56,327 nt of DNA from NCBI GenBank assembly GCA_039178645.1, contig JBCDFD010000001.1, positions 1 to 56,327 of the forward strand, in the 5' to 3' direction. Both the position numbers and the translations under genes were made by a program. Source of the stretch: Pseudomonadota bacterium. GTDB taxonomy: Bacteria > Pseudomonadota > Alphaproteobacteria > Rhodobacterales > Rhodobacteraceae. Positions 1 to 8,484 of this stretch are shown here, in pieces. The notes under the pieces were generated by a model. That model saw only the letters and a list, made by a program, of their open reading frames with translations. It was not told the DNA's origin and made no database searches. Each line of letters opens with the position of its first letter. Position 1 is the stretch's first letter.

Positions 1-17
1 AAAAAAGTCTGCGGGCA

Positions 18-44
18 GTGATCTAAACTTGCAATGGCTCCGTA
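18..44 (+). promoter_or_regulatory. Putative ECF11/RpoE(ChrR)-type promoter
   Basis: GTGATC at 18-23 and CGTA at 41-44 upstream of the fasciclin gene; resembles the TGATC..CGTA RpoE consensus. Confidence 0.45.
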
Positions 45-79
45 ATATGTGTGTAATTTGCACACAGAAAGGCTCTGCA

Positions 80-565
80 ATGATCACCGACCTCGTAAAA
101 CCCGCTCTTCTCGCTGGCGCTTTGGCTATGTCGGCCTGTGTGGCCCCCATGTCATCGGACCCAGACATTGTCGGCGTGGCCCAGTCCGCGGGCAGCTTTA
201 ACACTCTGGTGGCGGCTGTGAGTGCAGCGGATTTGGTGGACACATTGCAGTCGCCCGGACCGTTCACCGTGTTCGCCCCCACCGACGCAGCCTTCGCCGC
301 TTTGCCCGCAGGCACGGTGGACACACTGCTCTTGCCCGAAAACAAAGACCAACTGACCTCAATCCTGACCTATCACGTGGTGCCGGGACGGATCACCGCG
401 GCTGATCTGGCCGGAACGGAGCAGCGCGTGACCACAGTCAATGGCGCAACCCTGCACATCGACGGGACCAACGGGGTGCAAGTGAACAATGCCACCGTGG
501 TGACGGCGGACGTGGAAGCCTCGAACGGTATCATCCACGTGATTGACGGCGTTCTTCTGCCATAG
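80..565 (+). CDS. Fasciclin (FAS1) domain lipoprotein
   Basis: [17 protein letters not shown] and [13 protein letters not shown] motifs; lipobox-like LAMSAC; ATG at 80 after AGAAAGG. Confidence 0.92.
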   Translation: MITDLVKPALLAGALAMSACVAPMSSDPDIVGVAQSAGSFNTLVAAVSAADLVDTLQSPGPFTVFAPTDAAFAALPAGTVDTLLLPENKDQLTSILTYHVVPGRITAADLAGTEQRVTTVNGATLHIDGTNGVQVNNATVVTADVEASNGIIHVIDGVLLP

Positions 566-631
566 ATCCAAGTCGGCCCCCATTCCGGCTTGGTCTATCA
601 GGGGCGGTGTTGTCCGGCACCGCCCCACTCT

Positions 632-645
632 TTGATGGGGATCAA
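632..645. promoter_or_regulatory. FNR/FnrL/NnrR-type box
   Basis: Perfect TTGAT-GGGG-ATCAA about 60 bp upstream of nnrU. Confidence 0.7.
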
Positions 646-705
646 GTGTAAGGACAACGCATTGGTTTATCTTAGGCGTTGGAGTAGCGGACAGAAGGGC
701 GGGCC

Positions 706-1389
706 ATGTTTTCTCAGTTGGGTTGGGCGGAGTTCGCGTTCGCCTTTGCTCTGTTTTTCCTGTCCCATTCCCTGCCTTTGCGGCCCGCCGTGAAAGGCCC
801 ACTGGTCGCGCGCGTCGGTCCAGCGGGGTTCGGCATCGGGTACTCGATCCTATCCCTCGCGGTCCTGATTTGGCTGGTGGGGGCAGCCGGTCGCGCGCCT
901 TACGTCCAGATTTGGGGCTGGGCGTCTTGGCAAAACTGGTTCGCGTTGGCGTCGATGGCCCTGGTCTGCTTGATCCTGAGCTTTGGTCTTTTACGCCCTA
1001 ACCCCCTGTCCTTTGGCGGGGCACGGAATGATCAGTTCGACCCAGACCGCCCAGGCATCGTCCGTTTGGTCCGCCACCCGGTTCTTGGCGCCTTGGGCCT
1101 CTGGGCGCTGGCTCACATCCCAGCAAACGGCAACCTCGCCCATGTGGTACTCTTTGGCCTGTTTGCGGTGTTTGCTCTGGCCGGTGGCCGACTGGTGGAC
1201 CGTCGCAAGCGCCGGGACATGGGGGACGAGAAATGGACCACCATTGTGTCCCAAATTGCCCAAGCCTCCCCAATGGCAGGTTGGGGAACCCCATTGGAAA
1301 TTGTGGTGCGCGCAGGCGTGGCTGGTGTGATCTACGTCACGCTGATCCACGCGCATCCCTATGTTTTGGGGGTCGCTCCCCTGCCCTAA
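706..1389 (+). CDS. nnrU: NnrU family membrane protein
   Basis: Multi-TM protein with FFLSH, PNPLSFGG, GIVRLVRHP, WALAH..ANG and C-terminal H...GV.P motifs. Confidence 0.85.
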   Translation: MFSQLGWAEFAFAFALFFLSHSLPLRPAVKGPLVARVGPAGFGIGYSILSLAVLIWLVGAAGRAPYVQIWGWASWQNWFALASMALVCLILSFGLLRPNPLSFGGARNDQFDPDRPGIVRLVRHPVLGALGLWALAHIPANGNLAHVVLFGLFAVFALAGGRLVDRRKRRDMGDEKWTTIVSQIAQASPMAGWGTPLEIVVRAGVAGVIYVTLIHAHPYVLGVAPLP

Positions 1390-1406
1390 GCTGGCCTTAA
1401 GGCGCC

Positions 1407-2786
1407 TCAGAAGTACCGCAGCCAGATGTAGACGTTGGCAATGGCCAGCGTCAGCAACATGATCGGGAATGCGATTTTCATGAACCGCAGGAACCCGATG
1501 GGCTGTTTGGCTTTCTCGGCGAAGGCGGCCACGGTCAAGTTCGCGCTCGCGCCCAACAGGCTGCCATTGCCGCCCAGACAAGCGCCCAAGGCCAGCGACC
1601 ACCACAGCGGCTCAATGGCCTCCGGACCGCCAAACGTGTCCGCGGTGGACTCGATCAATGGGATCATCGTGGCCACGAAAGGGATATTGTCGAGGATCGC
1701 CGACAGAATGCCCGAGGCCCAGAAAATCAAGAATGCGGTCCACATCATGTCGCCATCGGTGATTTCCAGGACTTTCTCGCCGAAGAAATCGAGCAGCCCC
1801 ACATGCTCCACCCCAGCTACGATCACGAACAGACCGGCGAAGAACAGGATGGTGACCCATTCCACCTCACCAAAGATGTGGTGCACGGACTCGGATTGCT
1901 GTTCCGCCGTTTGACCGCCGTAGGCCAAGAGCATCAACAGCCCTGCCCCTGCCAAGGCGCTTGTGCCCGGCTGGAGGCCGTAGCCATGCCCCAGGGTGAA
2001 GCCCAGAATCACCAACGCCAGAACGCTCAGGGATTTGATCATCAAACGGACATCGGTGATGGCACCGGATTCGTCGAATTTCATGATCCGTTGGCTGGCG
2101 GACGCAGGGATCTTGGACAGCTGGGTGCGGTACATGAAGTAGATGATCGCGGTCAAAACCACCAAGCAGATGGCCGAGATCGGGGCAAGGTTCACCACAA
2201 ACTGGTTAAAACTCAGCCCCGCTGCCGACCCGATGATAATGTTGGGCGGGTCACCGATGAGCGTCGCCGTGCCACCCACGTTCGATGCCAGAATCTCCGC
2301 CATGAAAAACGGGAACACCGGCGTGTCGAGCGCATCGGTGATCAGCAATGTGATCGGCGCGATCAGCAGCACCGTGGTCACGTTGTCAAGCATGGCCGAA
2401 AACACCGCCGTGATCAGCGTCAGCATGATCAGGATGCCGGTGGGATTGGCCTTCACCACCTTGGCAGCCTTAATGGCCACATACTGGAACAGTCCCGATT
2501 TGCTGGTGATCGCCACAATCACCATCATCCCAATGAGCAGCGCCAGCGTGTTTGCATCGACCCCCGCCAAGGCTTGCTGTTGGTTGATGATCCCGAACAG
2601 CACCATGAGCGACGCCCCCAGCATCGCCAGGATCGCGCGGTTCATCTTTTCCGTGATCAGGATCGCATATGTCAGGACCAAAATGCCGGTGGCGAGCCAG
2701 AGCGGGTCAATCCCAATCAAATCCGCCAAAGAAAATCCTGGGCCCCCATGACCGCCGTGGCCATGGCCGTGTGCAACGTCAGACAA
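1407..2786 (-). CDS. ArsB/NhaD (IT superfamily, P-protein-like) permease
   Basis: SAMLDNVTT, ASNVGGTATLIGDPPN, DNIPF and LGGNGSLLGASAN motifs; many TM helices; His/Gly-rich N-terminus. Confidence 0.88.
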   Translation of the reverse strand: MSDVAHGHGHGGHGGPGFSLADLIGIDPLWLATGILVLTYAILITEKMNRAILAMLGASLMVLFGIINQQQALAGVDANTLALLIGMMVIVAITSKSGLFQYVAIKAAKVVKANPTGILIMLTLITAVFSAMLDNVTTVLLIAPITLLITDALDTPVFPFFMAEILASNVGGTATLIGDPPNIIIGSAAGLSFNQFVVNLAPISAICLVVLTAIIYFMYRTQLSKIPASASQRIMKFDESGAITDVRLMIKSLSVLALVILGFTLGHGYGLQPGTSALAGAGLLMLLAYGGQTAEQQSESVHHIFGEVEWVTILFFAGLFVIVAGVEHVGLLDFFGEKVLEITDGDMMWTAFLIFWASGILSAILDNIPFVATMIPLIESTADTFGGPEAIEPLWWSLALGACLGGNGSLLGASANLTVAAFAEKAKQPIGFLRFMKIAFPIMLLTLAIANVYIWLRYF

Positions 2787-2806
2787 TGTACTCTTCCCCT
2801 CGTGAC

Positions 2807-3295
2807 TTAACCCAAAACCCGATCGAGCAGCGAATTCGCGCTAACCGTGCCAACAAACTTCTGCGTGTCTGGCTCCACCAGGATGAGGTGTCGCTTGTAC
2901 TGGTAGATCAGCAATATCCCCGCCATCACCGGCGTATTCGGGGCCGTGGTGGGTATGTTGCTGGGGTCCGACATGAAGTCGGTGATATTTTCCTTGTGCA
3001 GGCGGTCGATCTGCGCGTCGAAATCCTCTTTCTCCATGCTCATGAAACCGAGGTTGCCAAGGTTGGTCCGCCTGTCGTCCCAGCCGAGGTTGATGGTCGC
3101 CGCCCGCGGCAGCAACAGGCGCAGCAGCGTGGGCGCCGTGAACACGCCCGCATAGGTGCCGTCCTTGTGGACCACTGGCAAAAACCGTGCCCGGCTCTCA
3201 CGCATAATGTGGAATGCATCAAAGACCGAATTTTCAGGGTAAACCAGATGCTGGCGGTCTTTGGGCAGCATCACATCGTGACAGGTTAAACTCAT
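2807..3295 (-). CDS. CBS-pair domain protein
   Basis: Two CBS repeats (DVM..., LPVV..G.Y.G, DFMS, FVGTVS); 20 bp upstream of the permease, likely one operon. Confidence 0.8.
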   Translation of the reverse strand: MSLTCHDVMLPKDRQHLVYPENSVFDAFHIMRESRARFLPVVHKDGTYAGVFTAPTLLRLLLPRAATINLGWDDRRTNLGNLGFMSMEKEDFDAQIDRLHKENITDFMSDPSNIPTTAPNTPVMAGILLIYQYKRHLILVEPDTQKFVGTVSANSLLDRVLG

Positions 3296-3567
3296 GGCGG
3301 GCGCAGCCCCTTTGGAAGTGTGTGGTGATACGCGTCACCCCATGCCGAGGGCCCTTGGCTCGCCTGGGGTTGGGGTGTTCACGTGTCCGTGTTGTGCGGG
3401 GTTTCACTGGCACAGGCGGTGGGACCACACCATTTGCTACAGCGACGCACGACACTTTATGTCTGTGAAGCAAAGGTTTGAGCGATTTTATTGCGTTACG
3501 CCTGTATTTGGTCTGGGTAGGTGACCACCTTGACCGCTCACATGCGAATTTGGCACGATGACAGGCG

Positions 3568-4884
3568 ATGATCGCGGTAATCTCACACTCTTTTTGCGCT
3601 CTACAGCGGGGCGTTCTGGCCGTTTGTATACTGTTGCATTCTGTCGCAGGAGCGCTGGCGGACAGCCCATCCACACCGATGGAATGGTTGCACAGGGCCG
3701 TGAACGATATCTGCGGACCCGATCCACAGGCGATGTATGAGGCACAATTTCGGCTCCCAGGCGCATGGCTTCTGTCCGAAGAAAGGCGGCCAACCGATGG
3801 TCGTCCCGCCCGTGTGACGAGCCAATTACTGGTGGGCGCGGGGGATCAGATCCACCTGGAGGCGCGCTATGCCCCCAACGGTCTCCGCCAATTCCGGGCA
3901 TCCTACCACCAAAACACCGGCACAGACCGACCTGAGCCACGTCTCCTGGCCATCGCCAGCGGCGATTGCACCATCCATTCCGGGCGAACGCTGCGCAGCG
4001 AAGGGCCAATCTGGCGGTATTTAGATCAGTTGGACAGTGACCTTAGCACCGTCCGTTGGACCGAAACCTTGCAAGCGCCATGGCCATTGGGGCGTGATAC
4101 CGGTGGCGTTCGCGTGGGTCTGGTGGACACTGGATTGGCCTATGACCTGCCAATTTTCCGCACACGGCTCGCGCGGGACGCCCAAGGGGTTCCGTTGGGC
4201 TACGATTTTTGGGATCTGGACCCTCATCCCTACGACGGCGATGTGGCACGCGGCCCGTTCTTGCCCATCCGCCACGGCACTGCTGTGGCATCGGTCATCG
4301 CTTTGGAGGCCCCGGATGCGGCGCTCGTCCCATTCCGCTTTCCCAGACCAGACATGGCTCGCATGGGTGATCTGGTTCGCGCGGCACAGGCAGCGGATGT
4401 GCGCATCCTCGCCATGCCGTTGGGCAGCAATGACCCGGACGATTGGACCGCCTTCGCGGACGCCATCGCAGGAACGGACATCCTGGCCATCATATCGGCG
4501 GGCAACAATGGCCGCGACATCGATCAGAACCCGATCTGGCCTGCGGCCCTCGGGTTGGGCAATGCCCTGGTGGTGACTTCATCTGACGCCCGTGGACGCG
4601 TGGCCGATGGGTCAAACTGGGGCGTCAACACCGTCGACATTATGCTTCCGGCGGAAAACGTGCCTGTGGTCGATTTCCGGGGCGCAAAGGGCGTGACCTC
4701 AGGCACCAGCTTTGCGGTCCCACGCCTCGCCGCTTTGGCCGCGCGTATCCTGACCCGCGAGCCGGACCTTTCTGTCGAAGAGCTCAAGGCACGCATCGCC
4801 AGCCACGCGATCACATCGCCCTTTGCGTCTGAACCATCCGTGGCGGTTGGATGGATTCCCAACCCAACCACTTCTCTCGAATAA
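3568..4884 (+). CDS. Subtilisin-like S8 serine peptidase with uncharacterised N-terminal domain
   Basis: Catalytic triad in VGLVDTG, RHGTAVA and GTSFAVP; oxyanion SAGN; N-terminal hydrophobic signal-like segment. Confidence 0.85.
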   Translation: MIAVISHSFCALQRGVLAVCILLHSVAGALADSPSTPMEWLHRAVNDICGPDPQAMYEAQFRLPGAWLLSEERRPTDGRPARVTSQLLVGAGDQIHLEARYAPNGLRQFRASYHQNTGTDRPEPRLLAIASGDCTIHSGRTLRSEGPIWRYLDQLDSDLSTVRWTETLQAPWPLGRDTGGVRVGLVDTGLAYDLPIFRTRLARDAQGVPLGYDFWDLDPHPYDGDVARGPFLPIRHGTAVASVIALEAPDAALVPFRFPRPDMARMGDLVRAAQAADVRILAMPLGSNDPDDWTAFADAIAGTDILAIISAGNNGRDIDQNPIWPAALGLGNALVVTSSDARGRVADGSNWGVNTVDIMLPAENVPVVDFRGAKGVTSGTSFAVPRLAALAARILTREPDLSVEELKARIASHAITSPFASEPSVAVGWIPNPTTSLE

Positions 4885-4896
4885 AGCGCCCATCGA

Positions 4897-4940
4897 CTTC
4901 ATTGTTCCCGAAATACTCCGGGGCGTGGGGCAGCGCCCCA
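4897..4940 (-). repeat. Intergenic REP-like motif, copy 1, plus GC hairpin
   Basis: Reverse complement GAGTATTTCGGGAACAATGAAG (4897-4918) matches copies at 26785 and 36430; followed by TGGGGC-AGC-GCCCCA (4926-4940). Confidence 0.65.
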
Positions 4941-4950
4941 CAAAAGCCAC

Positions 4951-6978
4951 TCACCGTCGGGGCGGCGCAGGAGGCGCATTGTCAATGAAACGTCGCGCCG
5001 CCTCCGCTTGCCGGGGATCGGCATTGAGAAGCGCTTGATACCCGGCCTCAGCCAAGTCAGGATCACCGCCCCACACGCCCGACTGAATCGCGAAACGCAG
5101 CACCTGGGCATCGTCCGGTGCCATTTCCATTACACTTCTTGCGTGGGGCAGCATTTCATCGAACCGCCCACCCAGTTGCAGCGACACCAGCAGTGAGATG
5201 CGGGCATTCAACGAATTGGGCACCTGCGCCACCGCTTGAGCATGTAATTCCGCCCCTTGGGCAAAATTCCCCGCTTGGGAAAACGCGCGACCAGCGTCCA
5301 GAAGTTGGCCTGCATTGTTCGCCTGCGCACAAACCGCTGCCAACTCCGCCGTGGGTCCGGTTTCCTGCACCGCATCCAGAGCCGTCACGCAGGCCACAAA
5401 TGCTTGTCCCAGGGTTTGCTGTACCTGCGCCGCGTCACCGGCGTCACGCATAGCCAAAAGGTTGAGCACATCCGTCAGTGGTATTGCTTCAAACCGTCCA
5501 TCCCCGCCGCCGGTGGCGATGCCGATCAGCGCGCCGGTGCTGTCCACCAATGCCCCACCGCTCACGCCCGGTTGCATGCGTGCCGTCACATGCCAGCGCG
5601 CCAGATCCGATGCTTCCGACGGGGGTGCGATCACGTCGCCGCCCTCAAAGACCCGGATTTCCTGCCGTGCAATGTCGGCACCGATGGCATTGAGCGTCCC
5701 TTGCGGGGCCACCGGGGCCAGCGACGCCACCGCACCGCCTACGGGCAATCCGCCCACTTGCAGCAGTGCCAAGTCACCTGGATAGGCCGATGGCACCACC
5801 ACCGCGCCCCGCGGACCGGCGGGCGTGTGCACAACGGCATCTGCGCGGTCGCCCACCACGTGTCGGTTGGTCACCAATAGGTCTGGACCGATGCGCACGG
5901 CACTGCCCACCGGATCAAAGCTCGACACCGGGAAAACAGCTTGGCGCATGGCGCAGACCGGTTCGGGGTGCGGGCAGTCGCCCATCATGGCGGGGCCGCT
6001 TTGCGCGCTGTCCTGACTGTCACCGAAACTCAGAACCGCTTGGAACGCCGTGCCTTCGCGCAGCACCTCCACAGACACCTCGCTGTCTTCCGGGCGCAAA
6101 AGCGCCAGGGCCACCAAAGCATCACGGGGACTGCGAATGTCACGCTGCCCAATGCGCACGATCCGGTCGCCGGGCTCAATGCCAGCCAGCGCCGCCGGGC
6201 CGTCTTCTTCCAGCGCCGCCACACCGGGCGCGGGGCTCACGGCCAAGCTGGCCAACGACGCATGGCGCAGCCGCCAACCGGCAGACCGGTAGCTGACCTC
6301 TCCGGTCTCGATCAGACTGTCCGTCACCCGGTCCAAAAGCTCCGCGGACACCGCAAAGTTTACACCTATGTTGCCGTCCCCTTCGGAGGCGAAAATCGCC
6401 GAGAGCATGCCCAGCAGGCGGCCGTCGCTGTCCACCAACGCACCGCCGGACGAGCCGGGGTTCACCGCGGCGTCGGTTTGCAGGAAATCTTCAATCGGGT
6501 TGAAACCCGCGTTGGTCACACCCGTTGCTGCAACCACCCCGCAACTGACCGACAGGCCCAAGCCAAAGGCATTCCCCACCGCGCAAACCGGCTGCGCGAG
6601 ACCTGCGTCCATGGCGTACTCAAACACAGGCGGGTCCGCGTCGATGGACAAGACCGCAATGTCGCTGGCCATATCTCCGGCCACCAAATCGGCAGGCAAG
6701 ACGCGCCCGTCCCATAGGCGCACGTCTATGCGACTGGCGGGTTCCACCACATGCCAAGCGGTCGCGATCAAGCCAGGCCCGATCACCACACCGCTGCCTT
6801 CGGGCGCCACTCCAGGTGGGGCACCCGCGGACCCTTGCGCACGCCCAGGCCACACCGGCAGCACCGAGACCACCGATGACATGGTCGACTCCTGAAAAGC
6901 CTGACCGGTTTGCGGTGCGACGCCCAGTGTCCCGGCGCAGAGGAGAACCCCCAAAAACTTCACAGATTTGTCGAACAT
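4951..6978 (-). CDS. Tandem trypsin-like (S1C/HtrA-like) protease: protease-PDZ-protease-TPR
   Basis: Domain 1 TAWHVV/SDIAVL/NPGSSGG; PDZ (GPAALAGIEPGDRI); domain 2 TNRHVV/GDLALL/QPGVSGGA; helical TPR-like C-terminus; signal peptide from ATG 6978. Confidence 0.85.
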   Translation of the reverse strand: MFDKSVKFLGVLLCAGTLGVAPQTGQAFQESTMSSVVSVLPVWPGRAQGSAGAPPGVAPEGSGVVIGPGLIATAWHVVEPASRIDVRLWDGRVLPADLVAGDMASDIAVLSIDADPPVFEYAMDAGLAQPVCAVGNAFGLGLSVSCGVVAATGVTNAGFNPIEDFLQTDAAVNPGSSGGALVDSDGRLLGMLSAIFASEGDGNIGVNFAVSAELLDRVTDSLIETGEVSYRSAGWRLRHASLASLAVSPAPGVAALEEDGPAALAGIEPGDRIVRIGQRDIRSPRDALVALALLRPEDSEVSVEVLREGTAFQAVLSFGDSQDSAQSGPAMMGDCPHPEPVCAMRQAVFPVSSFDPVGSAVRIGPDLLVTNRHVVGDRADAVVHTPAGPRGAVVVPSAYPGDLALLQVGGLPVGGAVASLAPVAPQGTLNAIGADIARQEIRVFEGGDVIAPPSEASDLARWHVTARMQPGVSGGALVDSTGALIGIATGGGDGRFEAIPLTDVLNLLAMRDAGDAAQVQQTLGQAFVACVTALDAVQETGPTAELAAVCAQANNAGQLLDAGRAFSQAGNFAQGAELHAQAVAQVPNSLNARISLLVSLQLGGRFDEMLPHARSVMEMAPDDAQVLRFAIQSGVWGGDPDLAEAGYQALLNADPRQAEAARRFIDNAPPAPPRR

Positions 6979-7104
6979 GGCGGCCCCCTCGGATGGCTTC
7001 GGATGGCTGAGTGCCCGGATGCTGTATGGCACAACAAAACCATGGCACGGTCAGCGTCGATCACCAAGACCGCCGCAGGGGCGACGGATCGCCCTTGGTG
7101 ACGA

Positions 7105-7824
7105 TCAGCTTTCCATTCGCAAGGTCACGCGGTCGCCCACAAACCAAACCCGTTGAAGCTCCACTGGGTCGCCATCGGCATCGACGTTTACTCCGGTGGA
7201 CTTCAACAGCGGATCGCCTTCTTGGATTTGAAGGTGCAGCGCTTCGGTGCTGCTGGCGCGCATCGCCGTCACGTGCGTGGACGCCCTGTGGACCTTGTCC
7301 ACGCCAAGGGCTTCAAACGCGCCTTTGACGTGGCCGTGGTCCGTCAAAGCCGCCGCAATGCCTGGCAACCGATCCGTGGGCAGGAGGCTTTCAAATAGCG
7401 CGATGGTCTCGCTGTCTGACACCACCAACCCACGGAACACACACGCCTTGTCGCCCCTGGCCATCCACAGCGCCTCAGCCTCGCCTTCCGTGACCGCGCG
7501 GGTTTCCGTGTTCAGAACAATCAGGTCGGATGCGTCCCATGTCGGAACGAGGCTTTCCAAAGACCGCGCATGTTCGCCACTGAATTTCTTCACAGATCGG
7601 GACGACACATAGGCCCCAGACCCGCGGCGTGTGCGGACCAAACCGTCATCCACCAAAGCGGAAAGTGCATGGCGCACGGTGTGCCGGTTCACCCCGAACC
7701 GTTCCGACAAGGCGGCCTCCGTGGGCAGCTTCATACCTGGAATATACCGGCCTTCGGAGATATCCGTGCGCAGCGTATCCGAAATTGCCCGCCAAATCGG
7801 TGTCTTTCGCGGCTTTTTGCTCAC
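7105..7824 (-). CDS. phnF: GntR/HutC-family phosphonate regulator PhnF-like
   Basis: KTPIWRAI..LPTEAALSERFGVNRHTVRHAL HTH plus UTRA C-terminus WFVGDRVTL; likely GTG start at 7824. Confidence 0.8.
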   Translation of the reverse strand: MSKKPRKTPIWRAISDTLRTDISEGRYIPGMKLPTEAALSERFGVNRHTVRHALSALVDDGLVRTRRGSGAYVSSRSVKKFSGEHARSLESLVPTWDASDLIVLNTETRAVTEGEAEALWMARGDKACVFRGLVVSDSETIALFESLLPTDRLPGIAAALTDHGHVKGAFEALGVDKVHRASTHVTAMRASSTEALHLQIQEGDPLLKSTGVNVDADGDPVELQRVWFVGDRVTLRMES

Positions 7825-7872
7825 TGGTTCACTCGCTATTGGCCAACACACTGGGATGGATAAAACCTGAAG

Positions 7873-8484
7873 TTGTCTACATCAAGATCAAGTTGGCAGG
7901 ACGGAGGCGAGAACGCGGCGGCGACCGGACGTTTGATAGCTGTCGTGGGCCCATCCGGTGTCGGCAAAGACAGCGTCATCACCGGTGTGGTCGCAGACCT
8001 GTCAAAGCTTCACTTGGTGCGGCGCGTGATCACCCGTGCGCCAGAACTGGGCGGCGAGGAATATGACGCGGTCTCCGTTGAACGTTTTCGGACCATGGCC
8101 AGAAATAAGGCCTTTGCCGTTCATTGGGGGGCCCATGGGCTGCACTACGGCATACCGGCAACAGTCGAAGGTCGCTTGACCGGAGGTCAGCACTGCATAG
8201 CCAACTTTTCCCGTGGATCGCTGTTGGAGGCAAACGCGGTCTTTGATGACCTCTTGGTGCTGAACATCACTGCCACTGCAAAAACGCTGGCGGCCCGATT
8301 GGCGGCACGTGGTCGGGAAAGCGAGGCCGAGATAACCGAGCGACTGCGCCGGTCGGTGAAACCCATCCCAGAGGGTTTGCGGGTGCTCACGGTTTCCAAC
8401 GACGGCGCGTTGCAAGACACCGTGGCTCAGGCCGTAGACCTGCTAAAAGGTGAACTTGGTCAGTCGCGGCGAGACGATGCATAG
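7873..8484 (+). CDS. phnN: Ribose 1,5-bisphosphokinase PhnN (start uncertain)
   Basis: GRLIAVVGPSGVGKDS P-loop, RRVITR, W.AHGL.YG and RL..RGRE motifs. Confidence 0.88.
   Translation: MSTSRSSWQDGGENAAATGRLIAVVGPSGVGKDSVITGVVADLSKLHLVRRVITRAPELGGEEYDAVSVERFRTMARNKAFAVHWGAHGLHYGIPATVEGRLTGGQHCIANFSRGSLLEANAVFDDLLVLNITATAKTLAARLAARGRESEAEITERLRRSVKPIPEGLRVLTVSNDGALQDTVAQAVDLLKGELGQSRRDDA

Noticed and set aside
1943-1954. CTGCCCCTGCCA matching the tRNA-Trp 3' end (possible att site)
   Set aside because: Only 12 bp, inside a CDS and inverted relative to the tRNA; likely chance
1407-2786. Arsenic resistance (ArsB-like permease, ArsC-like protein at 28321)
   Set aside because: No arsR or ars operon; the ArsC-like gene has nitrogenase-associated motifs and a sigma54 promoter
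1803-2810. Long antisense ORFs (also 19416-20456, 37248-38237, 40606-41985, 48268-49254, 50676-51809, 53959-54918)
   Set aside because: They are shadows of well-supported opposite-strand genes in high-GC DNA, with no recognisable motifs
3550-3566. TGGCAC half-sites (also near 7026 and 7042) as sigma54 promoters
   Set aside because: No correctly spaced -12 TGC element
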